Of a stretch of 64,000 nt of DNA, positions 37,640-48,499 are shown piece after piece. This stretch comes from Patescibacteria group bacterium. GTDB taxonomy: Bacteria; Patescibacteriota; Microgenomatia; UBA8517. The DNA lies in NCBI GenBank assembly GCA_036835125.1, contig DAITMO010000001.1, forward strand, positions 127,508 to 191,507. The letters run 5' to 3'. The position numbers were made by a program, and so were the translations under genes. Positions within the stretch are counted from its first letter, which is position 1, and every line of letters begins with the position of its first letter. The notes below the pieces were generated by a model. That model was not told the DNA's origin, made no database searches, and saw nothing but the letters and a program-made list of their open reading frames with translations.

Positions 37640-39367
37640 ATGGAAGATATAATCTCTCGAGGAAAGAAAATAATTAATTCCCAACAAAATACAGTTCTTT
37701 CTGCAGCAACTCTCATAATGTTTATGATTGGAGTCTCCATGGTTTTAGGGCTTGTTAGGCAAAGAGTCTTGGCCAGTTTTTTTGATCCGGAGTCACTTTC
37801 ACTTTTTTTTGCAGCTTTTAGACTTCCCGATGCAATATTTCAAGTTTTAGTTTTTGGAACTTTTTCTTCTGCTTTTATTCCAGTTTTTACAAAAACATTA
37901 AAGGAAGGAGAAGATAAAGCCTGGAAATTGGCAGGAAAAGTTGTTTCAATTGGTCTTGCAATTTTCCTTTTTGCAGTAGCAGTTATTGGGATATTTGCAC
38001 CACAAATTTATTCATTCATTTCTCCGGGTTATGGAATAGAAGGAAATTCTCAAATTGCATATTTGGCAAGAATTCTTTTTGCAGCCCAAGGGTTTTTTGT
38101 TGTTAGTTATGTTTTAACAGGAGTCTTGGAGTCTTTAAGACGCTTTTTAGTTCCTGCTCTTGCCCCAATTTTTTATAATTTAGGAATAATACTAGGAACA
38201 GTTCTTTTAACACCAAAACTTGGTTTATTGGCACCCGCAGTTGGTGTGGTAATTGGAGCTTTTGCTCATTTCATTATTCAATATCCTATGTCAAGGAAAC
38301 TTGGCTTTAGATTTACTTGGGATTTCAAGGTTGATTCTGAAGTTAAAAAAATTGGAAAATTAGCCCTTCCCAGAGTAATAGATTTAGCGCTAGATCAGGT
38401 AGGGAAAAGTACAGAGCTATTTCTTTCGTCAATTATTTCTCAGGCTAGTTATACTTACTACACTTTTGCAAATTCCCTTCAGATGCTCCCTGTAAGTCTT
38501 TTTGGAACTTCTCTTGCTAAAGCAGTTCTTCCTATGCTTTCAAGCGCAGATGGAAATAAAAAGGAGTTTAGAAGAATACTTTTGACAGCAATTTCTCAAG
38601 CAATGTTTTTTACCCTTCCTTTATCAGCCGCACTAATTGCTTTGAGAATTCCTATTGTCAGACTTGTATATGGTACAAAAATCTTTGATTGGAGCTCAAC
38701 GGTACAAACAGGCACCGTTCTTTCAGTTTTTGCTATATCTGTAGTTTTTCAAACATTAATGTCAATTCTTTCAAGATCATTTTTTGCACTTCATGATACA
38801 AAAACTCCAGTGAAAATATCGTTTATTGGTTTGGTACTTTTTATTGCAGGAAATTTCATATTAGTCAAAGGTTTTCATTTTGGAGTTTGGGCTTTAGCAG
38901 CATCTTTTGCTTTTAGTACATTAGTTGAGGCAGTGATACTGATTTCTCTCATAAACAAAAGAATCGGGGAGATATTGAATCTAAAATTTATTGCTCATAC
39001 TCTAAAAATGTTTTTTACAGCAATTGTGTCTGGGAGTGCCATGTTTTTCATGCTTAAAATTTTTGACAAAGCAGTATGGGTAAAAAGACTTTCATTTTTA
39101 GGAGGAATGGATGCAACAACCACTTTTCCTTTTGAAAAATTTGTTTTAGATACACGCTATACAGGCAATGTTATTATTCTAACTTTGGTAACATTTTTAG
39201 TTGGAATAATAATATATGTTTTACTTTCTTTACTCCTGCGTGTAGATGAAACTAAATATTTTCTTAATCTTGCCAAAAGAATTGTTCTCAAAAAGTCCAA
39301 ACTCTCAATACCAGCCAAAGAAGAAGAACCCATTACTCCCACAACACAGGATATGCAAGTGCAATAA
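37640..39367 (+). CDS. murJ: lipid II flippase MurJ (MviN)
   Basis: About 14 TM segments. MurJ/MviN signature regions: AATLIMFMIGVSMVLGLVRQRVLASFF, RLPDAIFQ, ALPRVIDLALDQV. The start at MEDII (37640) is preferred over 37583, which lies 16 nt from the divergent rpsT start. Confidence 0.8.
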   Translation: MEDIISRGKKIINSQQNTVLSAATLIMFMIGVSMVLGLVRQRVLASFFDPESLSLFFAAFRLPDAIFQVLVFGTFSSAFIPVFTKTLKEGEDKAWKLAGKVVSIGLAIFLFAVAVIGIFAPQIYSFISPGYGIEGNSQIAYLARILFAAQGFFVVSYVLTGVLESLRRFLVPALAPIFYNLGIILGTVLLTPKLGLLAPAVGVVIGAFAHFIIQYPMSRKLGFRFTWDFKVDSEVKKIGKLALPRVIDLALDQVGKSTELFLSSIISQASYTYYTFANSLQMLPVSLFGTSLAKAVLPMLSSADGNKKEFRRILLTAISQAMFFTLPLSAALIALRIPIVRLVYGTKIFDWSSTVQTGTVLSVFAISVVFQTLMSILSRSFFALHDTKTPVKISFIGLVLFIAGNFILVKGFHFGVWALAASFAFSTLVEAVILISLINKRIGEILNLKFIAHTLKMFFTAIVSGSAMFFMLKIFDKAVWVKRLSFLGGMDATTTFPFEKFVLDTRYTGNVIILTLVTFLVGIIIYVLLSLLLRVDETKYFLNLAKRIVLKKSKLSIPAKEEEPITPTTQDMQVQ

Positions 39368-39371
39368 TTTT

Positions 39372-39953
39372 TTATTTTTCAAGCCTACCGATAATTTCTT
39401 TAGCTTTTTCCAAGTGTTCTTGTGGATAGATATTGAATCCAATTCTAATTGGAGTATATTTATTTTCCTTCATAGTACCCCCCCAATCTTTGCTAGCTGG
39501 TTTACCGATTATATAAAAACGAGCAATGTTTAATTCATTGATTAGGTCCCAATCTTTTTCCTCTTTTGCCCTTTCTTCAGTAAGGTGTTTCCGAACAATT
39601 TTCTGAAGGTCTCTTATTTGATTGTGTGTCCAATTGTGATTTTTCAGTCCAACATTTGGTGTGATCAGACAAGAATTTTCATAATCATCGCTATGATGAA
39701 AAGTTAGACTTAAATCACCATTCTGTAATTGCGTAACAGTGCTCCAGAGGGAATGATCACGGGTAAATTTGGTGGTGACAACCCCCGTATCAGGATCAAT
39801 AATGGTTTCTTCTTTTAGTAGACTATCGTTTTGAGAATATTCATCTCTTATATCTTGGAGGAAATCTTGAAATTGATGATTTCTTTCTGCAGGACTCGAA
39901 AATATTTCACCCCAACCTTGAAAAGTTTGAAATTCTTGCTTTTTGGCTTCCAT
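39372..39953 (-). CDS. hypothetical protein
   Basis: 193-aa soluble protein with no recognised family. Confidence 0.3.
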   Translation of the reverse strand: MEAKKQEFQTFQGWGEIFSSPAERNHQFQDFLQDIRDEYSQNDSLLKEETIIDPDTGVVTTKFTRDHSLWSTVTQLQNGDLSLTFHHSDDYENSCLITPNVGLKNHNWTHNQIRDLQKIVRKHLTEERAKEEKDWDLINELNIARFYIIGKPASKDWGGTMKENKYTPIRIGFNIYPQEHLEKAKEIIGRLEK

Positions 39954-40017
39954 AGGCTGAGATTCTACTACTTATAGGATGTAAAGTCAATTGCTCGTCA
40001 TTTATTTAAAAATCCTC

Positions 40018-40054
40018 TTGACAACAATTAGCACTCGAGGTATGATACTGCTAA
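40018..40054 (+). promoter_or_regulatory. sigma70-like promoter (TTGACA, 17 nt spacer, TATGAT) with embedded CIRCE-like operator upstream of hrcA
   Basis: TTGACA at 40018-40023. TATGAT at 40041-40046. TTAGCACTC-N9-TACTGCTAA at 40028-40054. The left half-site is perfect. The right half-site is degenerate (6 of 9). Confidence 0.7.
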
Positions 40055-40063
40055 TTGACTAAT

Positions 40064-40798
40064 ATGACAGAAGGATTAACAACCAGACAAACCCAGGTTT
40101 TAAAGACAATTATTGATGAATATATAGCAACAGCTGAGCCTGTTGGAAGTGAAGCGTTGGATAAAAAATATAATCTTGGAGTTTCCCCTGCGACAATAAG
40201 AAATGAGATGGTGACTTTAACAAAGTTGAACTTTTTAAAGCAACCTCATGCCTCAGCGGGAAGAATTCCCACCCCACAAGCAATGAAATTTTATATAAAC
40301 CAGCTTATGGAGGAAAAACAAATGAGTTTGGTTGATGAAGTCAAAGCTAAAGAGGAAGTTTGGGATTCACGCGACGATATTGATGAATTGATGGATGAAG
40401 CTACACACGCACTTGCGTCTCGTACAAGATCTCTTGCTGTAGCTGCCTTAAAAGACAAAAAGAACAGATTTTGGCAAGCAGGACACTCATATATTTTTGG
40501 TAACCCTGAATTTGCAGATGTAATGACGTGTCAAAACCTATTTTCAATTTTTGAAGAATTTGATAAGTTAGACAGGTTATTTTTTGGATTTGAATCAACG
40601 TCTCCTTTGGAAGTGCTTTTTGGAGAGGAACTTGGGATTCCAGAACTTTCTCCAACAGGGATTGTTTCAACTCATTTTACGATAAACGGTAAAAGGGGAG
40701 CTTTGGGAATAATTGGACCTGCAAGAGCAGATTATGGAACAGTTATCCCAATATTAAGGTATTTTGGAAACATGATTGAAGAGGTTGCTAATAAATAA
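40064..40798 (+). CDS. hrcA: heat-inducible transcription repressor HrcA
   Basis: LTTRQTQVLKTIIDEYIATAEPVGSEAL...ATIRNEM is a winged-helix HrcA N-terminus. ATG at 40064 is preferred over the in-frame TTG at 40055. The gene is followed by grpE, dnaK and dnaJ. Confidence 0.85.
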   Translation: MTEGLTTRQTQVLKTIIDEYIATAEPVGSEALDKKYNLGVSPATIRNEMVTLTKLNFLKQPHASAGRIPTPQAMKFYINQLMEEKQMSLVDEVKAKEEVWDSRDDIDELMDEATHALASRTRSLAVAALKDKKNRFWQAGHSYIFGNPEFADVMTCQNLFSIFEEFDKLDRLFFGFESTSPLEVLFGEELGIPELSPTGIVSTHFTINGKRGALGIIGPARADYGTVIPILRYFGNMIEEVANK

Positions 40799-40809
40799 AA
40801 GTTAATAAT

Positions 40810-41289
40810 TTGAATGAAAATAAAGAAATGAAAAACAAAAATCAAAAAGTAAAAACAAAAACTGAAGAAAGTGTAAATGAAGAAGCTGAACTCTTAAAAT
40901 CTCAGCTTTTAAGAACATTGGCAGATTATGACAACTTGGTAAAAAGGGTAGAAAAAGAGCGTGAAGTATTAAGTAAAGTTGCGTCTCTTGGAGTGATAAC
41001 AAAACTTTTACCAGTTTTGGATAATATAGAAAATGCACAAATTCATTTACAAGATGCAGGTCTAGCTATTTGTATTGGTGAATTTAAAAAAGTTTTTAAT
41101 GAAGAGGGTTTAATTGAAATCAGTCCAAAAGTTGGAGAAAATTTTAATGAAAACACTATGGAAGTAGTTGAAGTTGTAGATGGAAAAGAAGATAATATTA
41201 TCTCAGAAGTAGTTTTAGGAGGCTGGAAATTTAGCGACGGACAGGTTGTTAGACACGCAAAAGTAAAAGTATCTAAAATAGAGAATTAA
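40810..41289 (+). CDS. grpE: nucleotide exchange factor GrpE
   Basis: [20 protein letters not shown] with a GrpE C-terminal beta domain. Operon context. Confidence 0.88.
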   Translation: MNENKEMKNKNQKVKTKTEESVNEEAELLKSQLLRTLADYDNLVKRVEKEREVLSKVASLGVITKLLPVLDNIENAQIHLQDAGLAICIGEFKKVFNEEGLIEISPKVGENFNENTMEVVEVVDGKEDNIISEVVLGGWKFSDGQVVRHAKVKVSKIEN

Positions 41290-41296
41290 TAAAAAT

Positions 41297-43216
41297 ATGG
41301 GAAAAATAATTGGAATTGATTTAGGAACAACAAATTCATGCGTAGCAGTAATGGAGGGAGGCCGTCCCAAAGTCATTGCTGCAGCAGACACAGGTAAAAA
41401 TACAACTCCTTCAGTTGTAGAACCAGTTAAAAACTTAGTGGGAGACGTAGCCAAGCGTCAAATGATTCTTAACTCCAAAAATACTGTTTCTTCCGCAAAA
41501 AGACTCATGGGAAGGCGTTTTGAGGATAAAGAGGTCAAAAGAACAATTGACATGGTTCCTTTCAAGATTGTTTCCGGAAAAGGTGGAATGGCTGATATTG
41601 AGGTAGATGGCAAAAACTATACTCCTCAGGAAATTGGAGCAAGGGTCCTCATGAAGCTTAAAAAAGACGCAGAAAAGTATCTTGGTGAAAAAGTAGACTC
41701 TGCTGTCATCACAGTCCCTGCATATTTTGATGATGCACAGCGCCAAGCAACAAAACAAGCTGGGGAAATTGCAGGACTTAAGGTTGAGCGCATTATAAAC
41801 GAACCTACAGCAGCAGCCTTGGCATATGGAATGGATAAAAAGAATTCCGAGAAAATTGCAGTTTATGACCTTGGTGGAGGAACTTTTGATATCTCAATTC
41901 TTGAAATTGGAGATGGAGTAATTGAAGTTAAAGCTACAAATGGTGATACTCACCTTGGAGGAGATGACTTTGACGCCGTAATAGTTGACCATATTGTCTC
42001 TGAATTCAAAAAAGATAACGGAGTTGACCTTAAAGCAGATACGCAAGCCTATCAAAGAGTCAGAGACGCTGCAGAAAAAGCAAAAATTGAGCTTTCAGCA
42101 GCAGATGAGGTAGAAATTAACCAGCCATACATTACTCAGAAAGACGGACAACCTCTTCACTTAACAATGAAGCTAACTCGTTCCAAGATGGAAGGTCTGG
42201 TTGATGAATTAATTCAAAAAACCCTTAAGCCAGTTGAACTTTGTTTGAAAGATGCAAAGCTTGATGCCCACGACATAAACGAGGTAGTTATGGTTGGTGG
42301 AATGACTAGAATGCCAAAGGTTGCACAAGTTGTTAAAGAATTCTTTGGCAAAGATCCAAATCAGTCAGTTAACCCTGATGAAGTTGTTGCAGTTGGAGCT
42401 GCAATTCAAGGTGGAGTCTTAGGAGGAGAGGTTAAAGATATTCTTCTATTGGACGTTACCCCACTTACCTTAGCAATTGAAACCCTTGGAGGAGTTGCAA
42501 CACCAATGATTCCAAGGAATACCACAGTTCCAACAAGCAAAACTGAGGTATTCTCTACCGCTGCAGATAACCAAACACAGGTTCAAGTTGTTGTAACCCA
42601 GGGAGAGAGACCAATGAGTGCAGATAATAAAACCCTAGGAACATTTATCTTAGATGGAATTCCTCCTGCACCCCGTGGTGTTCCTCAAGTTGAAGTTACT
42701 TTTGACATGGATGCGAGTGGAATCCTAACAGTGACTGCAAAAGATAAAGCAACAGGGAAAACTCAAAACATAAAAATAACAGGAGCTGTTGGACTATCTG
42801 ACGATGAAATCAAAAGAATGCAGGAAGAGGCAGAAAAGCATAAAGAAGAGGATGAAAAGAAAGCTGAAGTAATAAAGACAAAAAACAATGCTGACGCAAT
42901 GGTAGCAACTGCAGAAAAAGCTCTTAAAGACGCAGGAGATAAAGTGGACGCAAAAGTAAAAGAACAAGTTGAAGAAAAAGTTGCAAAATTGAAAGAAGTT
43001 TCAGGAAAAGAAGATTCAAGTAAAGATGACATAGAAGCAGCAACAAAAGATCTTTCAGATACTCTTTCCCAGATTGGACAAGCTATGTATGGGAACCAAG
43101 GCGCCCCCCAAGAACAGCCTCAAGGTGAGGAACAGAAAGAAGAAGATAAAGAGGATGCTGACGCTCATTCTGATAAAAAAGACGAAAAAGTTGAAGAAGG
43201 CGAAGTGGTAGAATAA
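41297..43216 (+). CDS. dnaK: molecular chaperone DnaK (Hsp70)
   Basis: [27 protein letters not shown], and an acidic C-terminal tail. Confidence 0.97.
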   Translation: MGKIIGIDLGTTNSCVAVMEGGRPKVIAAADTGKNTTPSVVEPVKNLVGDVAKRQMILNSKNTVSSAKRLMGRRFEDKEVKRTIDMVPFKIVSGKGGMADIEVDGKNYTPQEIGARVLMKLKKDAEKYLGEKVDSAVITVPAYFDDAQRQATKQAGEIAGLKVERIINEPTAAALAYGMDKKNSEKIAVYDLGGGTFDISILEIGDGVIEVKATNGDTHLGGDDFDAVIVDHIVSEFKKDNGVDLKADTQAYQRVRDAAEKAKIELSAADEVEINQPYITQKDGQPLHLTMKLTRSKMEGLVDELIQKTLKPVELCLKDAKLDAHDINEVVMVGGMTRMPKVAQVVKEFFGKDPNQSVNPDEVVAVGAAIQGGVLGGEVKDILLLDVTPLTLAIETLGGVATPMIPRNTTVPTSKTEVFSTAADNQTQVQVVVTQGERPMSADNKTLGTFILDGIPPAPRGVPQVEVTFDMDASGILTVTAKDKATGKTQNIKITGAVGLSDDEIKRMQEEAEKHKEEDEKKAEVIKTKNNADAMVATAEKALKDAGDKVDAKVKEQVEEKVAKLKEVSGKEDSSKDDIEAATKDLSDTLSQIGQAMYGNQGAPQEQPQGEEQKEEDKEDADAHSDKKDEKVEEGEVVE

Positions 43217-43223
43217 GCTCCAA

Positions 43224-44099
43224 ATGGCCACAAAATCTGATTACTACGATATCCTAGGGGTAGGTAAAAGTGCTTCTGCTGATGAAATTAAAAAAGCCTA
43301 CAGAAAGGCTGCTTTAGAGTGGCATCCTGATAGACACAAAAATGATAAGGAAACTGCAGAGAAAAAATTTAAAGAAATAAACGAAGCATATCAAGTTCTT
43401 TCTGATCCCCAGAAAAAATCTGCATATGATCAGTATGGTCATGCAGCATTTAACCCTGGAGGAATGGGTGGAGGGAATCCATTTGCTGGTGGATTTGGGG
43501 GCCAAGGTGGACCATTTACCTATACATATACTAGTGGTGGACAAAACCCATTTGGACAAGGTGGATTTGGTGATCCATTTGATATTTTTGAAGCATTTTT
43601 TGGTGGTGGAAATCCATTTGGAGGAAGAGCAAGACAGTCAAAACCTAGGTATTCAATTGAAATAGACTTCATGGATGCAATTAAGGGTATAAGTAAAGAA
43701 GTAAATATCGGAGGAAAGAAAAGAAAAATTAAAATTCCTGCTGGAATATATGAAGGAGCAACTATTGATTTTGGAGACTTTAGACTTTCTGTAAATATAC
43801 GTCCAGATAAAACATTTGAACGCCAGGATGATGATATTTATGTAGCAGTTGGCATTCCATTTTCTTTGGCTGTAATGGGTGGAGAAATTAAAGTACCAAC
43901 AGTTGACGGAGAACTAAAACTTAAGATTCGTCCTGGAACCCAAAGTGGAACAATGATGAGACTTCGTGAACGTGGTGTGGCTCACCTTCATTCTCGAGGA
44001 AAGGGAGATGAATATGTAAGAATAAGTGTGATTGTTCCCGAGAAACTAGACCGTGAACAAAAAGAAATGGTTGAGGAAATGCGGAACAGAGGAATGTAA
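43224..44099 (+). CDS. dnaJ: J-domain co-chaperone (DnaJ/CbpA-like; Gly/Phe-rich, no CxxCxGxG zinc-finger repeats)
   Basis: J domain with HPD ([16 protein letters not shown]), a G/F region and a C-terminal substrate-binding domain. The four Cys repeats of type I DnaJ are absent. Confidence 0.85.
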   Translation: MATKSDYYDILGVGKSASADEIKKAYRKAALEWHPDRHKNDKETAEKKFKEINEAYQVLSDPQKKSAYDQYGHAAFNPGGMGGGNPFAGGFGGQGGPFTYTYTSGGQNPFGQGGFGDPFDIFEAFFGGGNPFGGRARQSKPRYSIEIDFMDAIKGISKEVNIGGKKRKIKIPAGIYEGATIDFGDFRLSVNIRPDKTFERQDDDIYVAVGIPFSLAVMGGEIKVPTVDGELKLKIRPGTQSGTMMRLRERGVAHLHSRGKGDEYVRISVIVPEKLDREQKEMVEEMRNRGM

Positions 44100-44202
44100 T
44101 TGTTTGACTTCACAGGCTTCATAAGCTAAAATTGCATTTGAATTGAGTATTAGATTTGGTGGGACTGGTCCCACCATTTTTTTTACACAATTAAAAAAGC
44201 AT

Positions 44203-45438
44203 ATGCAACAAACAGCAAGAACAGAGTTTAGCCAAGCATTAAAAGCTATAGCCGCAGAACGCGGACTTGATGCTAATGTGATTTTGGAGACCATAAAACA
44301 GGCAATAATTGCAGCATATAAAAGAGATGCTCATGAGATGGGTGTTGAAGTTGAAAACTTTGACTATGACGCAGTTATTGATCCAGTAAATGGTGAGACT
44401 AGAGTGTTTGCATGGGATCTTCCAGCAGAAGATGCAACTGCCGAGCAAATTAAAGAAGCTAAAAAGGGAAAACATGATGTCACCCCTCCTGGATTTGGAA
44501 GAATTGCAGCCCAAACTGCAAAACAAGTAATTCATCAAAAAATCCGTGAAGCTGAAAAAGGGGTAATCATGGATGAATTTGAAGAGAAAATTGGATCTTT
44601 AGTTTCAGGTCTTGTTCTTCGTTTTGATGGACCAAATGTTAGGGTTGACCTTGGAAGAACTGAGGCCATAATGCTTGCAGAGGACAGAATTCCAAATGAA
44701 AGATTAAACCTTAATCAAAGACTTACATTCCTCATTAAAAACATTGAAGAAACACCTCACGGAAAAGAAATTTTCCTTTCCAGGTCCAGTGCAGAATTTG
44801 TAGCCAAACTTTTTGCAAGGGAAGTACCTGAAATTGGTTCAGGATCAGTTGAAATTAAAGCAATTGCAAGAGAAGCTGGAACAAGAACGAAAGCAGCTGT
44901 ATTTTCAGCCCAAACTGGTGTTGACCCAGTTGGCTCCTGTGTTGGACAAAAAGGAGTTCGTGTTCAGGCTGTTACAAATGAAATCGGTGGAGAAAGGGTG
45001 GACGTCATCGCTTGGAGTGAGGACCTAGGGGAACTAATTAAAGCTTCTCTTTCACCAGCTGAAGATCTATCTGTAACAATTAACGAAGAAACAAAAATTG
45101 CAAAAGTAATAGCGCCTGAAGACATGCTTTCAGTTGCAATTGGAAAAGATGGTCAAAATGTAAGGCTCACTGCAAAGTTGACGGGTTACAGAATTGAAGT
45201 TGAAGGAGATGGAAAAGTAGTCGAAGAACCAAAAGAGGAAGAAAAAACAGAAGAAGTAGTTGAAGAAAAAGTTGAAGAAACCGTTAGCGAACCAGTTGAA
45301 GAACCAAAAACAGTAGAGGAAAAGATTGAACAAAATGAAGTTGTTACTGAAGACACACAATCTGATCAGAATAGTGAATCCGAAGCTGAAGCTAAGGATG
45401 AGGAAATAAAAGAAGAAATTACACCTGAAGAGAAATGA
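44203..45438 (+). CDS. nusA: transcription termination/antitermination factor NusA with acidic C-terminal tail
   Basis: NusA N-terminal domain, S1 and two KH domains (GVRVQAVTNEIGGERVDVI; VAIGKDGQNVRLTAKLTG). The track start at 44143 is probably too early. MQQTARTEF at 44203 is preferred. Confidence 0.85.
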   Translation: MQQTARTEFSQALKAIAAERGLDANVILETIKQAIIAAYKRDAHEMGVEVENFDYDAVIDPVNGETRVFAWDLPAEDATAEQIKEAKKGKHDVTPPGFGRIAAQTAKQVIHQKIREAEKGVIMDEFEEKIGSLVSGLVLRFDGPNVRVDLGRTEAIMLAEDRIPNERLNLNQRLTFLIKNIEETPHGKEIFLSRSSAEFVAKLFAREVPEIGSGSVEIKAIAREAGTRTKAAVFSAQTGVDPVGSCVGQKGVRVQAVTNEIGGERVDVIAWSEDLGELIKASLSPAEDLSVTINEETKIAKVIAPEDMLSVAIGKDGQNVRLTAKLTGYRIEVEGDGKVVEEPKEEEKTEEVVEEKVEETVSEPVEEPKTVEEKIEQNEVVTEDTQSDQNSESEAEAKDEEIKEEITPEEK

Positions 45439-45496
45439 AAAAAGTAATTTAGAGGTCTGCTACAAATCTTCTTAAAGTTCTCTCTCCTTTTAGTTT

Positions 45497-46933
45497 TTGC
45501 TTCACAAATCTAAAAATAAAATGGATAAAAATAATACAAATCAAACGCGTCCACCCATTGTAGTTGTACTTGGGCATGTTGATCATGGAAAAACAACACT
45601 CCTTGACGCAATAAGAAAAACCAATGTAACAGCAAAGGAAGCTGGTGGAATTACTCAAAAAATTGGGGCCTCTGTAGTTGAAACAAAAGAAGGCAAAAAA
45701 ATAACATTCATTGATACTCCAGGACACGCTGCTTTTACCAAGATGAGAGGAAGAGGGGCCCAAGTTGCAGATATTGCAGTTTTGGTTGTAGCCCAAGACG
45801 ATGGAGTCAAACCTCAAACAAAAGAAGCTTTGGAAATAATTAAAGAAACAGGTATTCCCTTCATTGTTGCAGGAACAAAATCTGATGTAGCAGGAGTCAG
45901 TGCCGAGAAGCTTCAAGGGGAACTTGAAAAAGAAGAAGTCTATTTTGAAGGAAGAGGAGGAAACATTCCTTTTGTCTCAGTCTCAGCAAGAAATAGTACT
46001 GGAATAACAGAACTTTTAGAAATGCTCACCCTAATGGCAGACGTTGCAGAACTTAAAGGAGATCCTAACGCCCCAGTTGAAGCAGTAGTTATTGAATCAG
46101 GAAAAGATAAAATGGGATCTACCGCCACAGTTGTTGTAAGACAGGGAAGCATAAAAGTGGGAGAGGCAGTGTTTGCAGAGGAGCTACCTTGTAAAGTTAG
46201 AGCCCTATTTGATGATAAAGGAAAGGGAATTAAGGAAGTCACTCCCGGCCTCCCTGCAGGAGTTTTTGGTTTTACTGATGTTCCAACAGTTGGGGCTACA
46301 GTTCTTTCTATGCCCCATAAAGGTGAAGAAGTTGAAAAAAAGGTAAGAGGAACATTTGATTTAAGACGTTTAAAAGACGATGAAATTCCTGTAATTATAA
46401 AAGCTGATAATGCAGGTTCCCTTGAAGCTATTATTGCTTCCCTTCCACCAAGAATTGTTGTTGTTGGTCAGGGGGTGGGAGACGTGACAGCAAGTGACAT
46501 AATTGATGCAAAAACAGGAAATGCCTATGTATTTGTATTTGAAGCAAAAATACCAAATGACATAGTTAAGCTTGCAGAAGCGGAAAAGATAAAGGTTGAA
46601 AGATTCCAAATTATTTATGAGCTCTTGCAAAAGTTGGATGAAATCCTCAAAAAAGGACAGGTTATAGAGCTTGGACACGCAGAAGTTTTAGCAAGCTTCC
46701 CATTTGATCACAAGAAGGTTGCAGGATGTAAAGTAATTGATGGAAGGTTGTCAAAAGGCGACGCACTTATTATTAAAAGAGAAGATAAAGAAATAGGCAA
46801 AGGTAAAGCAACTTCTCTTAGAAAACAAAAAACTGAAGTAGCAAGTGTAGGTCAATCAGAAGAATTTGGTGTGATAATAGATCCCCAACTTGATTTTCAG
46901 GTAGGAGATATAATAACTTCAATCTCCAAATAA
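45497..46933 (+). CDS. infB: translation initiation factor IF-2 (short form lacking N-terminal domains)
   Basis: G domain [34 protein letters not shown]-like GTKSD. The last 8 codons lie inside a duplicated segment (see findings). Confidence 0.92.
   Translation: MLHKSKNKMDKNNTNQTRPPIVVVLGHVDHGKTTLLDAIRKTNVTAKEAGGITQKIGASVVETKEGKKITFIDTPGHAAFTKMRGRGAQVADIAVLVVAQDDGVKPQTKEALEIIKETGIPFIVAGTKSDVAGVSAEKLQGELEKEEVYFEGRGGNIPFVSVSARNSTGITELLEMLTLMADVAELKGDPNAPVEAVVIESGKDKMGSTATVVVRQGSIKVGEAVFAEELPCKVRALFDDKGKGIKEVTPGLPAGVFGFTDVPTVGATVLSMPHKGEEVEKKVRGTFDLRRLKDDEIPVIIKADNAGSLEAIIASLPPRIVVVGQGVGDVTASDIIDAKTGNAYVFVFEAKIPNDIVKLAEAEKIKVERFQIIYELLQKLDEILKKGQVIELGHAEVLASFPFDHKKVAGCKVIDGRLSKGDALIIKREDKEIGKGKATSLRKQKTEVASVGQSEEFGVIIDPQLDFQVGDIITSISK
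46887..46933 (+). repeat. direct repeat copy A (22-bp perfect core aacttgattttcaggtaggaga + divergent in-frame infB tail)
   Basis: The 22-bp core is identical to 49860-49881. The continuation encodes DIITSISK* for copy A and DVIVSVAR* for copy B. Confidence 0.8.
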
Positions 46934-46962
46934 TTGACTTCAAAGCCTTCCTGGCGTACACT
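46934..46962 (+). promoter_or_regulatory. candidate sigma70 promoter for DGR target gene (TTGACT, 17 nt spacer, TACACT)
   Basis: TTGACT at 46934-46939 and TACACT at 46957-46962. A short hairpin ccgcaaaagcgg at 47033-47044 and a GAAAGGAAG RBS precede the ATG at 47062. Confidence 0.45.
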
Positions 46963-47061
46963 ATGGGTCTGTACATTGAAATTTAAAGTGCGAGGGGGCC
47001 TAATACTCCAAGGTTTGGAGTAATTTTTATATCCGCAAAAGCGGAAGAAAGGAAGTGTGCG

Positions 47062-47973
47062 ATGACAACTAATAAGTTGATCACGCAAGGTCAGGTAAGG
47101 CAGATCACAGGTTTTGGGGCTGACGTAATTGAGAAGGTTCTCGATGATCTTGGGCTTGATAAAAAAGGCGCCCAGGCTGTCATCGGCCGTGGTGGTGAGT
47201 TTGGAAGTTTAATTATGCCTTCCATACTCTCTGCGCTACAGAGCCTTTCAGTTTCTGAACGGTTCAAAGATGAAGAAGTTGATTCCAGATATGGATATCT
47301 CTCCGGTTATAAACCGAAGGGTTTGAATGAACAAATGAACCAACTTCGAATCCTGTTTCCAGGCATAGGATTTTGCAATCAAGATCTGTTCACACAGATC
47401 GAGAGAGATGACGTCAAATTGCCAAAACATGCCGAAGGTTGGTTTGCCATCCCCAACTGGATGAGAAACCCGCAGATTTTTGGTACGACCTACAGTGATG
47501 CCCTTCTCAAAGTGCTTAATATGATCAAAAAAGCCAGAAACGGCAAGTTTTACAACTACCGTGAAGGTCAGATAAACGAGAAGAACATTCACCAGTCGGA
47601 CCGAACCAGGGAGTTTTGGAAAAAACTCTCAAATGATCAGGGAAATCCTGATATTTTGATTGTTCCTGCACAGTTTGGCATCCGTCACCGTGGTCGATCT
47701 GTTCGACGCGCTTGCGAAATTTTTGTCGGGAACGAATTCGGTCTTGGCGCATTTGCTGTTGGTGTTATGATCCTGACGCACCCTGAACGTCTTCAGAATT
47801 TTGACGATCTTTGGATCGACTGCGCGGGTGATGAATTTGCAGCAAATGCCGATGGCGACTGTTCGAGGGCTCCATATTTCGGGTTCGGCGATAGTGATAT
47901 CAAGGTTGGCACGGGATGGGTTGACGATGCGGATTCGGATTATGGTTCGGCATCGGGGTTCCTTCCGCAGTAA
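47062..47973 (+). CDS. DGR target (variable) protein; C-terminal variable region
   Basis: 303-aa ORF with noticeably higher GC than its surroundings. Its last about 41 codons (47847-47970) are duplicated downstream as the template repeat, with differences at TR adenines. Confidence 0.75.
   Translation: MTTNKLITQGQVRQITGFGADVIEKVLDDLGLDKKGAQAVIGRGGEFGSLIMPSILSALQSLSVSERFKDEEVDSRYGYLSGYKPKGLNEQMNQLRILFPGIGFCNQDLFTQIERDDVKLPKHAEGWFAIPNWMRNPQIFGTTYSDALLKVLNMIKKARNGKFYNYREGQINEKNIHQSDRTREFWKKLSNDQGNPDILIVPAQFGIRHRGRSVRRACEIFVGNEFGLGAFAVGVMILTHPERLQNFDDLWIDCAGDEFAANADGDCSRAPYFGFGDSDIKVGTGWVDDADSDYGSASGFLPQ
47847..47970 (+). repeat. DGR variable repeat (VR)
   Basis: 124-bp near-copy of 48358-48481. 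There are 12 mismatches, and 10 of them are A in TR to G/C in VR. Template Asn codons AAC/AAT correspond to GGC/GAT in the VR. Confidence 0.85.
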
Positions 47974-48033
47974 ATTTTGGTATTTGGATACTTGAGTCTT
48001 TTTGATTTTTTGATATCTTGTGTCCGCCAATTT

Positions 48034-48069
48034 GGGGGTTATTCGCAATGTGCAATATGAATAACCCCC
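48034..48069 (+). terminator. GC-rich hairpin (10-bp perfect stem gggggttatt/aataaccccc, 16-nt loop) followed by T-tract; terminator and/or DGR cruciform element
   Basis: The stem is at 48034-48043 and 48060-48069, followed by gttttatttctt. It lies 60 nt downstream of the target gene stop. Confidence 0.6.
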
Positions 48070-48357
48070 GTTTTATTTCTTCAAAATAATTTTGATATAC
48101 TAATATGGGTTTTGGCTAGTGAACAACAGTTTAAGAATTGTTGTCGCCAAATTCTCCTTATAAACAACCAGAATTTTAGTGATTACCGGTTTCTAAAAGT
48201 GTGTTGTACTGAGGGGAGATACTGCTTATTTCTATCTAGTGCAGATTTCTACTTTGTTAGGATGCTGCCAAATAAAATACAAGATAAAGAAGATATAAAT
48301 TTATTACAGTAAACTTCAATATCTGGTGAGAAAAGATGGATGGAAATAATATTTTGT

Positions 48358-48481
48358 TGCCGATGGCGACTTTTCGAAGGCTCCATATTTCAGGTTCAAC
48401 GATAGTGATATCAAATTTGACACGGAATGGGTTGACAATGCGAATTCGAATTATGGTTCGGCATCGGGGTTCCTTCCGAAG
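48358..48481 (+). repeat. DGR template repeat (TR)
   Basis: Noncoding copy of the VR that carries adenines at all but two mismatch positions. It lies between the target gene and the avd/RT genes. Confidence 0.85.
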
Positions 48482-48499
48482 TTTCTCCCCTGAGTGACT

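Noticed and set aside
48112-48312. 66-aa ORF in the spacer between DGR VR and TR
   Set aside because: Its composition is low-complexity and Cys/Leu-rich, with no RBS and no homolog recognised. It more likely lies in noncoding spacer carrying the TR promoter.
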